Part shown: positions 9,421 to 22,180 of the stretch, piece by piece
Layout: every line of letters starts with the position of its first letter
Position numbering within the stretch: position 1 is the stretch's first letter
Assembly: GCF_000185985.2 (NCBI RefSeq)
Contig: NC_014909.2
Location: 180,001 to 212,000 of the forward strand
DNA: 32,000 nt
Source: Candidatus Saccharimonadota bacterium
Lineage (GTDB): Bacteria; Pseudomonadota; Gammaproteobacteria; Enterobacterales; Enterobacteriaceae
Direction of reading: 5' to 3'
Notes under the pieces: generated by a model
Databases searched by the model: none
What the model was told of the DNA's origin: nothing
The model's input: only the letters and a program-made list of their open reading frames with translations
Translations under genes and position numbers: made by a program

Positions 9421-11862
9421 ATGCATAAAATTAATTTAATTTTTGGTTGTTTGAAATTAGTAAGTATTTTTTTTAAAAAAATTGTCTTTATAAATTATTT
9501 TTTTTTAAAAAATTGTCTGAAAATAATAATTAATATATTCTTTTTTACACATTATGGTATATATGTATTGTTATGTGTTGTAATTTTGCTTTGTTTTTAT
9601 GGTATTTTTTTGGATAAAAAAATACAAAATCATATTAATGATCAGGTATGGCAATTGCCTACAGTTATATATAGTAAAATTGTGAATATTGAACCAAATA
9701 TATCATGTAATAAGAATGACATGATTAAATTGTTACAGTCATTACAATATCGTCAAGTATCTAAAATTATTCGATCAGGTGAATTTGTTGTATTTAATGA
9801 TAATATTGAATTATTACGGAGATCTTTTGATTTTCCTAATAGAGAGGAACAAGAAAGTCATGTACGTTTATTCTTTGATAAAGAAAAATTGTTGCGTATT
9901 TATAATCAAGATACGCAAAATAATTTCGCTTTGTTTCGTATAGATCCAAAAATTATATCTATCCAGTATGTTTTTCAGGGGCAACAAAGATTGTTTGTGC
10001 CTCGATCTAAATTTCCAGATACATTAATAGATATGTTATTAGCTGTGGAAGATAAAAATTTTTATAATCATGATGGGATTCAAATACCTTCAGTAATACG
10101 AGCTTTTTTAATTAATATTGTATCTGGTCATACTGTACAAGGAGGAAGTACTATAACACAACAATTAGTAAAAAATTTATTTTTAAATAATACTCGATCA
10201 TTATGGCGTAAATTTAATGAAATGTATATGGCTTTGATTTTTGAGGTTCGGTATAGTAAAGATCGCATTCTTGAGTTATATTTAAATGAGATTTTTTTTG
10301 GTCAAAACGGTAATGATCAAATTCGAGGATTTCCTTTAGCCAGTTTTCATTATTTTGGCAGGCCGGTTGATGAGTTAAGTTTAGATCAACAAGCTATGTT
10401 AGTTGGGATGATAAAAGGCGCTTCTTTGTATAGTCCTCGAAAAAATCCAAAAAAAACACTAGAACGTCGTAATTTTATATTAAATTTATTGAGAAATATT
10501 GATATGATTGATGCTGATTTGTATAGTATACTTAAATCTCGTCCTTTAGGAGTACAATTAAAAGATGAGGTATTAACTAATCAGCCTGCTTTTATTCAAA
10601 TGGTATACGAAGAAGTAAGTCGTATAAATAAAATTCACAATTTGGCTGGTTTAAGAATATTTACTACATTGGATCCAATTGCTCAACAAGCTGCTGAAAG
10701 ATCAATGAAATTAGGCATTCCAAAATTAAGATGTAGTTCTAATATATCAGATTTAGAAGGGGCTATAATAATTGTAGATCGATTTAATGGATCGGTACGC
10801 GCTATGGTTGGTGGATCTGAACCTAATTTTTCCGGATTTAATAGAGCTATGCGTGCCCGTCGTCCTATTGGATCATTAATTAAACCAGCAATTTACCTTA
10901 CTGCTCTAAATCAGCCTCATAAATATCGTTTAAATACGTGGATTGCAGATACCCCTATTAATTTAAAACAACCAGATGGATCAGTATGGTCGCCTAAAAA
11001 TTATGATCGGCAATTTAGAGGGAAAGTTATGTTAATTGATGCATTTGTAAAATCTCTTAATATTCCTGCTGTTAATTTAGGATTAACAATGGGAATAAAT
11101 ACTATTACTGATATTTTAATGAAGTTGGGTATTTCTGAGAATTTAATTCCTTCTTTTCCGTCGATTTTATTAGGATCTATTAATTTAACTCCAATAAATG
11201 TAGCTCAGGAATATCAAACTATAGCGAGTGGAGGACGATACTCTAAATTATCTTGTATAGAACATATTGTAAACTCAGATAATATGACTGTATATCAATA
11301 TTTTCCTAAAACTAAACGTATGGTTTCTCCTCAATCCGTGTACTTGGTTTTGTTTGCAATGCAGCAAGTTGTAACAAGAGGCACATCTTATGATTTGTCA
11401 GTAAAATTTGCTGATTTTCATTTAGCTGCTAAAACAGGCACAACAAATGATTCTCGTGATAGTTGGTTTGTGGGAATTGATGGTAAAGAAGTAGTTGTAA
11501 TCTGGGTAGGTCGTGATGATAATGGAAAAATGAATTTAACAGGTGCTAGTGGGGCATTAAAATTATATAGCCTTTATTTAGGGCTTGGGCATCCTACTCC
11601 GTTACAATTAACAATACCGAGCAATATTATTCAAGTTCCTATAAATTCGTCTGGCAGTGTGCTTTTGTATAATAATTGTAATAAAAATATTTATACGTAT
11701 GTTTTGCCAATATGGAAAAATGATCATTTTAATGGTATAGAATGCAATATGCTTAATTCGTCAGATGAGGTGATTGCGTATTCTGGGAATGTACTCGATT
11801 TTTCAGAAAATCAAGATTTTCGAAAGATGGAAAAGTGGATTAACGAAATTCTTAAGGAATAG
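9421..11862 (+). CDS. mrcB: Penicillin-binding protein 1B (bifunctional glycosyltransferase/transpeptidase)
   Basis: Collinear with E. coli PBP1b from the TM helix onward (YGIFLDKKIQ..VWQLP). GT motifs EDKNFYNHDGI, GGSTITQQLVKN and RKFNEMYMAL...YSKDRILELYLNEIFFG are present. TP motifs IGSLIKP (SxxK) and AAKTGTTND (KTG) are present. The start is uncertain: the first ATG is at 9421, and in-frame GTG 9400 and TTG 9403 are also open. Confidence 0.88.
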   Translation: MHKINLIFGCLKLVSIFFKKIVFINYFFLKNCLKIIINIFFFTHYGIYVLLCVVILLCFYGIFLDKKIQNHINDQVWQLPTVIYSKIVNIEPNISCNKNDMIKLLQSLQYRQVSKIIRSGEFVVFNDNIELLRRSFDFPNREEQESHVRLFFDKEKLLRIYNQDTQNNFALFRIDPKIISIQYVFQGQQRLFVPRSKFPDTLIDMLLAVEDKNFYNHDGIQIPSVIRAFLINIVSGHTVQGGSTITQQLVKNLFLNNTRSLWRKFNEMYMALIFEVRYSKDRILELYLNEIFFGQNGNDQIRGFPLASFHYFGRPVDELSLDQQAMLVGMIKGASLYSPRKNPKKTLERRNFILNLLRNIDMIDADLYSILKSRPLGVQLKDEVLTNQPAFIQMVYEEVSRINKIHNLAGLRIFTTLDPIAQQAAERSMKLGIPKLRCSSNISDLEGAIIIVDRFNGSVRAMVGGSEPNFSGFNRAMRARRPIGSLIKPAIYLTALNQPHKYRLNTWIADTPINLKQPDGSVWSPKNYDRQFRGKVMLIDAFVKSLNIPAVNLGLTMGINTITDILMKLGISENLIPSFPSILLGSINLTPINVAQEYQTIASGGRYSKLSCIEHIVNSDNMTVYQYFPKTKRMVSPQSVYLVLFAMQQVVTRGTSYDLSVKFADFHLAAKTGTTNDSRDSWFVGIDGKEVVVIWVGRDDNGKMNLTGASGALKLYSLYLGLGHPTPLQLTIPSNIIQVPINSSGSVLLYNNCNKNIYTYVLPIWKNDHFNGIECNMLNSSDEVIAYSGNVLDFSENQDFRKMEKWINEILKE

Positions 11863-12027
11863 TCTAATGTATGATCTGTATAATTATTACAGATATGTAG
11901 TGAGTGGTGTTAGTTTTTTGTTTACTAATGGATTATGTAGGTTAAATTATAATGGTATTACTCGTGTAAATATGAGTACTTAATGATAATATATTTTTAT
12001 TATAGTACGGGTAGGTGAGGTGTATGT

Positions 12028-12378
12028 ATGAAAAATAGTGTTTTTTCTATTCAGTTAACTCCTTTTGCTGCTGACAGAATAAGGTATTGTATGAAGGAAC
12101 ATAAATACATTAACAAATCAAATTTAAAATTTCGTATATATATAATAGGAGGAGGATGTGGAGGATTTCAATATAAATTTATATTAGATGATCAGATATC
12201 TGATGATGACTACGTTATTAAAAGTAATGGAGTAACTTTGATTGTAGATTCTATGAGTTTTCAGTATTTAGTTGGGGGGGTAGTAGATTATCGTGAAGAA
12301 TTATCAGGATCTAAATTTGTTATGATCAATCCAAATGCTAAAATTACTTGTAGTTGTGGATCTTCGTTTAGTATTTAA
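12028..12378 (+). CDS. erpA: Iron-sulfur cluster insertion protein ErpA (A-type carrier)
   Basis: 116 aa versus 114 in E. coli Erp[18 protein letters not shown] and the C-terminal [16 protein letters not shown] are conserved, carrying the three conserved Cys. An SD-like GGTGAGG lies upstream of the ATG. Confidence 0.9.
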   Translation: MKNSVFSIQLTPFAADRIRYCMKEHKYINKSNLKFRIYIIGGGCGGFQYKFILDDQISDDDYVIKSNGVTLIVDSMSFQYLVGGVVDYREELSGSKFVMINPNAKITCSCGSSFSI

Positions 12379-12759
12379 TAGTAGTATGTGTGATTATTTT
12401 TGATGTAAATAGTATTAAATTTGTATATGTATGTAAAATATAGTGTATGTGTTTGTATTTAAGAGTTATTAAGGGATAAGAAGTCAAGTTGTTTATCGCA
12501 TTTATGTTGTGTTTAATTTAAAATCATGTATGTAAAAGTTGATTTTTTATACAATAAAGAGGTTATGTATTAGCTATCAGTATTTGTTATTGAGCTTAGT
12601 TTTTAGTTTGACAAGTGTTTTATGATATACGGAATTTGTTAAAATGAATCCAAATAGTATTTGATTCAATCAATTTGCAATAAAAATTTGTTGTTAATTT
12701 TTTTTGGAAGTTTATGTTGTATTAGTATAATGTATATTAATACGGGTTATTTAGTGTAA

Positions 12760-14430
<1,671 letters not shown>

Positions 14431-14523
14431 AACTAAAATATAAGTATGTTTTATATAATATTTTGACTCTGTTATAAGAGAGTATAATTAATAAATTGCA
14501 TTTACCAAAATAGGAAAATTAAT

Positions 14524-15846
14524 ATGTCTAAAATTTTAAATATTATAGGTCGTGAAATAATTGATTCTCGTGGTAATCCTACGGTAGAAGCAGAGGTGCA
14601 TATTAAAAATGGATTTTTTGGATTAGCTTCGGTTCCGTCAGGATCATCTGTAGGATCTCAGGAAGCATTAGAATTACGAGATCATGATGAGAGTCGATTT
14701 TTTGGAAAGGGAGTAAAAAAGTCAGTTGATATTATTAATGGTCCTATTCGTTCTGCTTTGTTGAATGTAGATGTTACTAAGCAGTGTTTTATTGATCAAA
14801 TTATGATTGATCTAGATGGAACTGATAATAAATCTAAGTTAGGATCGAATTCAATTTTAAGTGTATCGCTTGCAGTTGCTAAAGCTGCTGCTGATGTTAT
14901 AGGAATACCTTTTTACGAGTATATTTCGAACTTATATGGAGCACCAAATATATATTCCATGCCAATACCTATGATGAATGTCATTAATGGAGGAAAGCAT
15001 GCTGATAATAATTTAGATATTCAGGAATTTATGATTATCCCTGTAGGAGCAAAAACTATTAAAGAAGCAATACAAATAGGATCAGAAATTTCATGTAATT
15101 TAAAGATAATTTTAAGAAATCAAGGAATATTTCCTGCATTAGGTGATGAAGGGGGATATGCTCCTAATTTAATTTCTCATGTCGGAACATTAGAATTAAT
15201 TAAACAGTCTGTAGAACAATCCAATTATATTTTTGGAAAAGATGTTGTTTTGTCTATGGATTGTGCTGCATCTGAATTGTTTGATAAATCTTCGAATCAG
15301 TACAATATAAAAAGTGAAAATTTATGTTGCTCTTCTAAAGAATTTATTGATTATTTATCATTATTAGCACAGAAGTATCCTATTGTTTCTATTGAAGATG
15401 CTCAAAGTGAACATGATTGGAATGGTTTTTCTTATCTTACTAAAGTTCTTGGATCTACAATACAATTAGTAGGGGATGATTTATTTGTAACTAATCCTAA
15501 TTTATTAAATAAAGGAATACAACAAAATATAGCTAACTCTATTTTAATTAAGCCTAATCAGATAGGTTCGTTAACTGAAACTTTATATGTAATAAAGTTA
15601 GCTAAGAAACATGGATATACTACAATTATTTCACATCGTTCTGGAGAAACTGAAGATACAAGTATTGCTGATATAGCTGTTGGAACATCTGCTGGGCAAA
15701 TTAAAACTGGGCCAGTACGTTGTGTTGATCGAACTTCTAAATATAATAGATTAATTCGTATTGAAGAAAAACTAGGGGATGCTGCAAAATTTAACGGGAT
15801 TAAGGAGATAAAAAATTTTTTTGATAGAAAGAGTGTTATATTTTGA
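14524..15846 (+). CDS. eno: Enolase
   Basis: 440 aa. N-terminal [22 protein letters not shown] and active-site region [19 protein letters not shown] are present. It lies downstream of pyrG, as in the E. coli pyrG-eno operon. Confidence 0.95.
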   Translation: MSKILNIIGREIIDSRGNPTVEAEVHIKNGFFGLASVPSGSSVGSQEALELRDHDESRFFGKGVKKSVDIINGPIRSALLNVDVTKQCFIDQIMIDLDGTDNKSKLGSNSILSVSLAVAKAAADVIGIPFYEYISNLYGAPNIYSMPIPMMNVINGGKHADNNLDIQEFMIIPVGAKTIKEAIQIGSEISCNLKIILRNQGIFPALGDEGGYAPNLISHVGTLELIKQSVEQSNYIFGKDVVLSMDCAASELFDKSSNQYNIKSENLCCSSKEFIDYLSLLAQKYPIVSIEDAQSEHDWNGFSYLTKVLGSTIQLVGDDLFVTNPNLLNKGIQQNIANSILIKPNQIGSLTETLYVIKLAKKHGYTTIISHRSGETEDTSIADIAVGTSAGQIKTGPVRCVDRTSKYNRLIRIEEKLGDAAKFNGIKEIKNFFDRKSVIF

Positions 15847-15909
15847 TTAATGTTTTTATATGTGTATATTTATGAGTGTTGATCAGTGTTAATTCGGGTT
15901 AAATAAGTA

Positions 15910-15957
15910 GTATATGATATCCTTGAATGAGAATTTGATTAAAAGGATATTATATAC
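15910..15957 (+). terminator. Long stem-loop about 64 nt downstream of eno (possible terminator or 3'-end stabiliser)
   Basis: 15910-15924 pairs with 15943-15957: 15 bp, one of which is a G:U in RNA, with an 18-nt loop. No U-tract follows, so it is not a canonical intrinsic terminator. Confidence 0.25.
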
Positions 15958-16250
15958 AAATTTAGTCGTATTCTTCAATGATATTTTTTATTGAGTTATG
16001 TTAGTTGAGTTAAAATTTATTTTATATAAATATAAATATATAATATAAAAATATTTTAGCGCGATAGTAGTAGTTGTATTAAAGATAATAATTATTTAAT
16101 TAGTTTTTAAGAATTTAATTCTTTTATTTTTATTACAATAGTATTCTAATATTAATATAATGTTATATCCTGTATTTGTAGTTTGTTAAAAATGTACATG
16201 GTAGAATTAAATTAATTTAATATACAAACAGTATATATTTATATAATGTA

Positions 16251-18095
16251 ATGATTACTTTAACTCCAGATCAATTAAGTCGTTTACAATCAATATTAAA
16301 TACATTGTCTAGAGATCAATTAATTTGGGTGTCTGGATATCTGTGGGGTCTTATAAATGTCAATAGATTTACAGATACAACTGTAAGTATTTCTACACAA
16401 AATCAAGTATCATCAACAAAACAACGTCTCTCTCAGTTATCTGACAAGATAATCATTATATCTGCTTCTCAAACTGGTAATGCCAGTCAAATAGCACAAA
16501 AATTATATAATGATTGTATTAAATCTGGATTGAATGCAACTTTATTCAATGCACGAGATTATACATGTAAAAATATTTCTGAAATAAAATTATTAGTTTT
16601 AATAATATCTACATATGGCGAAGGCGATCCTCCAGAAGAAGCAATACCTTTACATAAATACTTATTTTCTCAAAAAGCTATGAGAATGGAAGACACTAGT
16701 TTTGTTGTATTAGGGCTTGGAGATCGGTCTTATGAATATTTTGCGAAAGCTGGTAAAGATTTTGATCGACGTTTTGAAGAACTTGGAGCAATTCGATTAT
16801 ATAATCGAGTTGATCTTGATATAGATTTTGAAGATGCAGCTAATATATGGAGAAAAGAAATTATTGAAGTATTGCAGAATAGGATTTCTTCTGATGTAAC
16901 GATATTTAATTCATTTTCTGATAAAACAATACAAAAGAGCGCTGTTGTTTCATCAGAAAATTGTGGTGATTATTCTGTTTATTGTAAAGAATTTCCTTTT
17001 ATTGCGTGTTTGTCAAATAGGCAAAAGATAACCAGTCGTAATTCAATGAAAGATATACATCATTTAGAGTTTGATATTTCTGGTTCTAATTTGCTCTATC
17101 AACCAGGTGATGCATTAGGGGTGTGGTATGAAAATGATTATGATCTTATCAACGAATTGTTAGAATTATTAAAACTAACGGGTGATGAATGGGTTAATGT
17201 CAAAGGTCAATCTATGATTCTTTGTGAAGCCTTAAAAGATCATTATGAATTAACACAAAATACTTCTATTTTTGTGGAAAAAATAGCTACTATTACTAAG
17301 AATAAAATGTTATTAGATTTGATGACGGATAGAAAAAAATTAAAGATTTATGTTTTAGAAACACCTATTATTGAAATGATTCGAAATATTTCTCCTGATA
17401 TTACATTAACTGCTCAAAATTTATTGTTGGCTTTGCGTTCTATGAGACCTAGATTTTATTCTATTTCTTCTGCGCAATTAGAAGTAGGAGAAGAAATACA
17501 TATTACTGTTAGTGCTGTGCGTTACAGGGTTAATGGTCGATTAAGATCAGGTGGAGCTAGTAGTTATTTGGTAGATCGTTTAAAAGAAAACGATAAACTT
17601 CGTATTTTTGTTGAACCTAATCATAATTTTAGATTACCCTCTGATTTTAGTGCTTCTATAGTTATGATTGGAGCAGGAACAGGAATTGCCCCATTTCGTG
17701 CGTTTATGCAACATCGAGTATTAAATCAAGCAACTGGAAGAAATTGGCTTTTTTTTGGAAATTTAAGATTTATAGATGATTTTTTATACCAAACCGAATG
17801 GCAACGTTATGTTAAGGAAGGAGTCCTTAGTAATATTAGAACAGCTTGGTCTAGAGATCAAGATCATAAAGTTTATATACAAAATAAAATATTAGAGGAT
17901 GGTTCTGAATTATGGGATTGGATTGAGGAAGGAGCATATATTTATGTATGTGGTGATGCGAAAGGTATGGCTCATGATGTAGAAAAGGCTTTAATTTCAT
18001 TAACATCAAAATATGGTAATATGAGTACAAACCAAGCGAATGATTTTTGGGATACAATGAGAACCCAGCATCGTTATCAACGGGATGTATATTAA
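16251..18095 (+). CDS. cysJ: Sulfite reductase [NADPH] flavoprotein alpha component
   Basis: 614 aa, collinear with E. coli CysJ. The FMN domain ([20 protein letters not shown]), the FAD/NADPH domain ([25 protein letters not shown]) and the C-terminal RYQRDVY are present. Confidence 0.93.
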   Translation: MITLTPDQLSRLQSILNTLSRDQLIWVSGYLWGLINVNRFTDTTVSISTQNQVSSTKQRLSQLSDKIIIISASQTGNASQIAQKLYNDCIKSGLNATLFNARDYTCKNISEIKLLVLIISTYGEGDPPEEAIPLHKYLFSQKAMRMEDTSFVVLGLGDRSYEYFAKAGKDFDRRFEELGAIRLYNRVDLDIDFEDAANIWRKEIIEVLQNRISSDVTIFNSFSDKTIQKSAVVSSENCGDYSVYCKEFPFIACLSNRQKITSRNSMKDIHHLEFDISGSNLLYQPGDALGVWYENDYDLINELLELLKLTGDEWVNVKGQSMILCEALKDHYELTQNTSIFVEKIATITKNKMLLDLMTDRKKLKIYVLETPIIEMIRNISPDITLTAQNLLLALRSMRPRFYSISSAQLEVGEEIHITVSAVRYRVNGRLRSGGASSYLVDRLKENDKLRIFVEPNHNFRLPSDFSASIVMIGAGTGIAPFRAFMQHRVLNQATGRNWLFFGNLRFIDDFLYQTEWQRYVKEGVLSNIRTAWSRDQDHKVYIQNKILEDGSELWDWIEEGAYIYVCGDAKGMAHDVEKALISLTSKYGNMSTNQANDFWDTMRTQHRYQRDVY

Positions 18096-19807
18096 TGACA
18101 ATATTAAAACATACTAAAAAAGTATCATTATCAGATAATGAACGAATAAAAAAAGATAGTAATTTTTTAAGAGGTACTATTAATGAAGATTTAGATAATA
18201 ATTTAACGGGAGGATTTAATCCAGATAATATTCAATTAATTAAATTTCATGGAATGTATCAACAAGATGATCGAGATGTACGTTTAGAAAGAACTTATCA
18301 AAAGTTGGAGCCATTAATCAACATAATGTTGCGTTGTCGTCTCCCTGGAGGGGTGATTACATCGAAACAATGGTTAGCTATTCATAATTTTTCGGAGAAA
18401 TATACTTTATATGGCACAATTAGACTGACTAATAGACAAACTTTTCAGTTACATGGTTTATTAAAACCACAATTAAAAATTGCGCATCAGTTATTAAATA
18501 AATTAGGTCTAGATTCTATTGCTACTGCTGGGGATGTAAATCGAAATGTGATATGTACTGTCAATCCAATGGAATCTACAATTCATTATCAAGTATGGAA
18601 ATTATCTAAAAGAATTTCAGAATATTTATTACCTCGATCTAAGGCATATGCAGAAATTTGGTTAAATGAACAGAAAACTGAATTTGTAGAATCAGAACCT
18701 ATTTTAGGAGATTGTTATTTACCTCGTAAGTTTAAAATAGCAATAGCTGTTCCTCCATTTAATGATGTAGATGTTTACGCTAATGATATTGGTCTTGTAG
18801 CTATTGCAGACAACATTGGGAATCTTATTGGTTTTAATGTTTTAATAGGGGGAGGTTTAGCTATGACTTATGGGGATAAAACCACGTACCCCAGAAGAGC
18901 TAGTGAATTTGGTTATATTGATGCAGTAAATATTTTAAAAATTATTGAGTCGGTAATTACAATACAAAGAGATTGGGGAGATCGATCTAATCGTAAACAT
19001 GCTAAAACAAAATATACTTTAGTGAGAGTAGGTATAGATACTTTTAAACAAGAGATTGAAAATAGATCTGGATTAATGTTTGCCCCAGTTCGTTCATATA
19101 TGTTTACTGATAGAGGAGATCGGTTTGGATGGTCGAAAGGTATTAATAAAGATTATTGGAATCTTACATTATTTATTGAAAATGGAAGAATCTTTAATTC
19201 ATCTCATAAATTGTTAAAACATGGATTAGCAGAAATTTCAAAAGTACATTCAGGTGGTTTTATAATTACTACTAATCAGAATCTAGTTATTTCTAACATA
19301 CATAAAGATAAAAAAGATATTATTGAGGCTTTATCAAAAGAATATAAGTTATTAGATGATTCTATAACATTACAACGAAAGGCATCTATGGCATGTGTAG
19401 CCTTACCGACATGTCCATTAGCAATGGCAGAGGCAGAGCGGTTTTTACCAGATTTTGTTACTAAAATAGAACATATTATGTGTAAATATAATCTTGAAAA
19501 AGATTCGATTATTTTAAGGGTAACAGGATGTGCTAATGGTTGTGCACGAGCGATGTTATCAGAAATTGGATTGACAGGAAGAGGGATTGGTCGTTATAAC
19601 TTATATTTAGGGGGAGATAAAATAGGCACTCGTATTCCACGTTTATATAAGGAGAATATTTCAGAAAGTGAAATTCTAGATATTTTAGAGTACACTATTA
19701 AACTGTGGGTAAAAGATAGAAATATTCAAGAATCTTATGGAGATTATGTAGTAAGATCAGGCATTGTTAAACCTGTTTTAAACTCTGAAAAAGATTTTTA
19801 TTTATGA
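18095..19807 (+). CDS. cysI: Sulfite reductase [NADPH] hemoprotein beta component
   Basis: Track ORF 18047..19807 trimmed to ATG 18095, which overlaps the cysJ stop by 1 nt (TAATG) and gives an E. coli-length N-terminus. [11 protein letters not shown] is present, as are the siroheme/4Fe-4S Cys clusters [19 protein letters not shown] and [10 protein letters not shown]. Confidence 0.93.
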   Translation: MTILKHTKKVSLSDNERIKKDSNFLRGTINEDLDNNLTGGFNPDNIQLIKFHGMYQQDDRDVRLERTYQKLEPLINIMLRCRLPGGVITSKQWLAIHNFSEKYTLYGTIRLTNRQTFQLHGLLKPQLKIAHQLLNKLGLDSIATAGDVNRNVICTVNPMESTIHYQVWKLSKRISEYLLPRSKAYAEIWLNEQKTEFVESEPILGDCYLPRKFKIAIAVPPFNDVDVYANDIGLVAIADNIGNLIGFNVLIGGGLAMTYGDKTTYPRRASEFGYIDAVNILKIIESVITIQRDWGDRSNRKHAKTKYTLVRVGIDTFKQEIENRSGLMFAPVRSYMFTDRGDRFGWSKGINKDYWNLTLFIENGRIFNSSHKLLKHGLAEISKVHSGGFIITTNQNLVISNIHKDKKDIIEALSKEYKLLDDSITLQRKASMACVALPTCPLAMAEAERFLPDFVTKIEHIMCKYNLEKDSIILRVTGCANGCARAMLSEIGLTGRGIGRYNLYLGGDKIGTRIPRLYKENISESEILDILEYTIKLWVKDRNIQESYGDYVVRSGIVKPVLNSEKDFYL

Positions 19808-20577
19808 TTTATAGAAAATTAGCCAAATTTGATAAGCGTTTTTGGAGTATTAAAGAATTTAATGCATTATCTTTAAATGAACAAAACACGATATTATATG
19901 AATTAAATCAATATTTAGAATCTTTAGAAACAGAAGATAGGATAAAATGGGCTATAAGGCATTTATCTGATAAATGTATATTATCTTCAAGTTTTGGTGT
20001 GTATTCATCTGTAAGTGTACATATGATGACTCGTTATTTTCCTGATATTCCTATTATTTTAATTGATACGGGTTATTTGTTTCCAGAAACATATCGTTTT
20101 ATTGATCACTTGAAAGAAAAAATGAGGTTAAATTTGCATGTTTTTCGATCTAATCGATCTGCTGCATGGCAAGAAGCTCGTTATGGAAAATTATGGGAGC
20201 AAGGAGCACAAGGAGTTCAGAGATATAATTTTATTAATAAGGTAAAACCTATGAAGTATGCATTAAAGACATTGCAAGTAGAGGTTTGGTTTGCAGGATT
20301 AAGGAGGATACAATCTGATAGCCGTAGAGGTTTAACTATTATAAATGTGCAAAATAATGTGTTTAAATTTTTACCTATTATTGATTGGAATGACACTCAG
20401 ATGCACAGATATATTACACAATATGAATTGGAATACAATCCATTATGGAAACAGGGATATGTATCAATAGGTGATGTTCATACTACTGTTAAAAAAAAAT
20501 CAGGGATGAAAGATGAAGAAACCCGTTTTTTTGGATTGCAACGTGAATGTGGATTACATTGTTTTGATAAAAATTAG
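19804..20577 (+). CDS. cysH: Phosphoadenosine phosphosulfate (PAPS) reductase
   Basis: ATGA overlap with the cysI stop. [34 protein letters not shown] and the C-terminal RECGLH are conserved relative to E. coli CysH. Confidence 0.92.
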   Translation: MIYRKLAKFDKRFWSIKEFNALSLNEQNTILYELNQYLESLETEDRIKWAIRHLSDKCILSSSFGVYSSVSVHMMTRYFPDIPIILIDTGYLFPETYRFIDHLKEKMRLNLHVFRSNRSAAWQEARYGKLWEQGAQGVQRYNFINKVKPMKYALKTLQVEVWFAGLRRIQSDSRRGLTIINVQNNVFKFLPIIDWNDTQMHRYITQYELEYNPLWKQGYVSIGDVHTTVKKKSGMKDEETRFFGLQRECGLHCFDKN

Positions 20578-20714
20578 TTTTAATTTTTTATTTGTATGTT
20601 TTATATTTATAATTTTTTGTTTTATGAAATATATAAATTGTTTTAAAAATAGTTTTTTATGAAGAGTAATCTTTAATACATGTATTCGTTTTTTTTGAGA
20701 ATAAACATAGTTTT

Positions 20715-22112
20715 GTGAAATACTTACCTTTATTTATTAATTTTAATAAAAAATCCATTTTAGTAGTTGGAGGGGGGATAGTTGCTTTTCGAAAAATACA
20801 AATTTTACGAAAATCGGGAGCTATTATTAATATTGTAGCTCGTGTATTGTGTCCTAATTTAAAAAAAATTTTATTTTTAGAAAAAATAATTTGGATTGGA
20901 AAAACATTTCAACCTTCCATGTTAGATGGAATATTTTTGATTATTATTTCTACAAATAATATTTTTTTGAATAATGTGATTTTTAAACATGCTGAAAAAC
21001 GTCGAATTTTAATAAATACTGTAGATAATAAATCTACCTGTTCTTGTATTTTTCCCGCCATTATTGATCGATCTCCTATTATAATAGGTATTTCTTCTTT
21101 TGGTACAGCTCCTGTGTTAATTCGTATATTACGAGAGAAATTAGAGTCATTAATACCTGCGTCAATTGGGTATTTGGCTGAATTAGCAGGTACATGGCGT
21201 GATAGAGTAAAAAGATATATTAAAAATATATCGTGTAGACGACAATTTTGGGAAAATTTATTTTATAGTGGGCGTATTTTATTTTTAATAGAACAGGGAA
21301 AGATAGATCAAGCCAATAAAATTATACAAAATACTATAAAATTAAATAAATTAAATATCAAAAAAAAAGGTAGCGTGGCGTTAGTAGGAGCTGGTCCAGG
21401 AGATAAAGAATTATTAACTATTCGAGGATTACAACTCATGCAACAAGCAGATATTATTTTGTATGATAATTTAGTAAATCCAGATATTTTAGATTTAGCT
21501 CGTAGAGATGCTGATAAAATTTATGTTGGTAAATCTGCAAATAAACATTCAATTTCTCAAGATCGATTAAATAATTTTATGATTCAATTAGCACAAAAGG
21601 GCAATGATATAGTTAGATTAAAAGGAGGAGATTCGTTTATATTTGGTCGTGGTGGAGAAGAGTTGTTAGCAATATCGAAGGCAGGTATTGAGTTTCAAGT
21701 AGTACCAGGGATTACAGCAGCTATTGGAGTGGCTGCTTATTCTGGTATTCCTTTGACTCATCGAAAATATGCTCATAGTGTTGTTTTTATTACAGGACAT
21801 GAGCAATGTAATAATGATTATTATCAAATTAATTGGAAATCGTTGTCAGATAAATATCAAACTATAGTAATATATATGGGAAAACTTAATATTTTAAATA
21901 TTAGTAAAAACCTTATTTGTAATGGAAGACATATCAATACCCCTGTGGCTATAATTAGCAGAGGTACTTACAAAGATCAAAAAATTTTGATAGGTACATT
22001 GATAGAATTAGAAAAGCTTGTGCTTACGGCTAAACAACCAGTGTTATTGATCGTAGGGGAGGTTGTATCATTGCATGATAAAATAAGTTGGTTTGGATCA
22101 AATAAGAATTAA
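20715..22112 (+). CDS. cysG: Siroheme synthase (uroporphyrinogen-III methyltransferase / precorrin-2 dehydrogenase / ferrochelatase)
   Basis: GTG start at 20715. 465 aa versus 457 in E. coli CysG. The N-terminal NAD-binding region VVGGGIVAFRK, and the SUMT domain motifs VGAGPGD and KGGDSFIFGRGGEE, are present. Confidence 0.9.
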   Translation: MKYLPLFINFNKKSILVVGGGIVAFRKIQILRKSGAIINIVARVLCPNLKKILFLEKIIWIGKTFQPSMLDGIFLIIISTNNIFLNNVIFKHAEKRRILINTVDNKSTCSCIFPAIIDRSPIIIGISSFGTAPVLIRILREKLESLIPASIGYLAELAGTWRDRVKRYIKNISCRRQFWENLFYSGRILFLIEQGKIDQANKIIQNTIKLNKLNIKKKGSVALVGAGPGDKELLTIRGLQLMQQADIILYDNLVNPDILDLARRDADKIYVGKSANKHSISQDRLNNFMIQLAQKGNDIVRLKGGDSFIFGRGGEELLAISKAGIEFQVVPGITAAIGVAAYSGIPLTHRKYAHSVVFITGHEQCNNDYYQINWKSLSDKYQTIVIYMGKLNILNISKNLICNGRHINTPVAIISRGTYKDQKILIGTLIELEKLVLTAKQPVLLIVGEVVSLHDKISWFGSNKN

Positions 22113-22180
22113 AATGTAACAAAATTATAATCAAATAAATATTGTTGGATAGTGGATATATTAAAAGGATAATATATATT

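Noticed and set aside
11774-11983. 69-aa ORF overlapping the mrcB 3' end and running into the mrcB-erpA spacer
   Set aside because: It overlaps the conserved C-terminal coding region of mrcB in another frame. It has no SD and no recognisable similarity, and a chance ORF is the most likely explanation.
12704-12731. Sigma70-like promoter (TTGGAA-16 nt-TATAAT) upstream of pyrG
   Set aside because: TATAAT-like and TTG-containing hexamers occur very frequently by chance at this base composition. It is not reported as a feature and is mentioned only as a testable guess.
17851-18057. 68-aa minus-strand ORF inside cysJ
   Set aside because: It is an antisense shadow of the conserved cysJ C-terminal domain.
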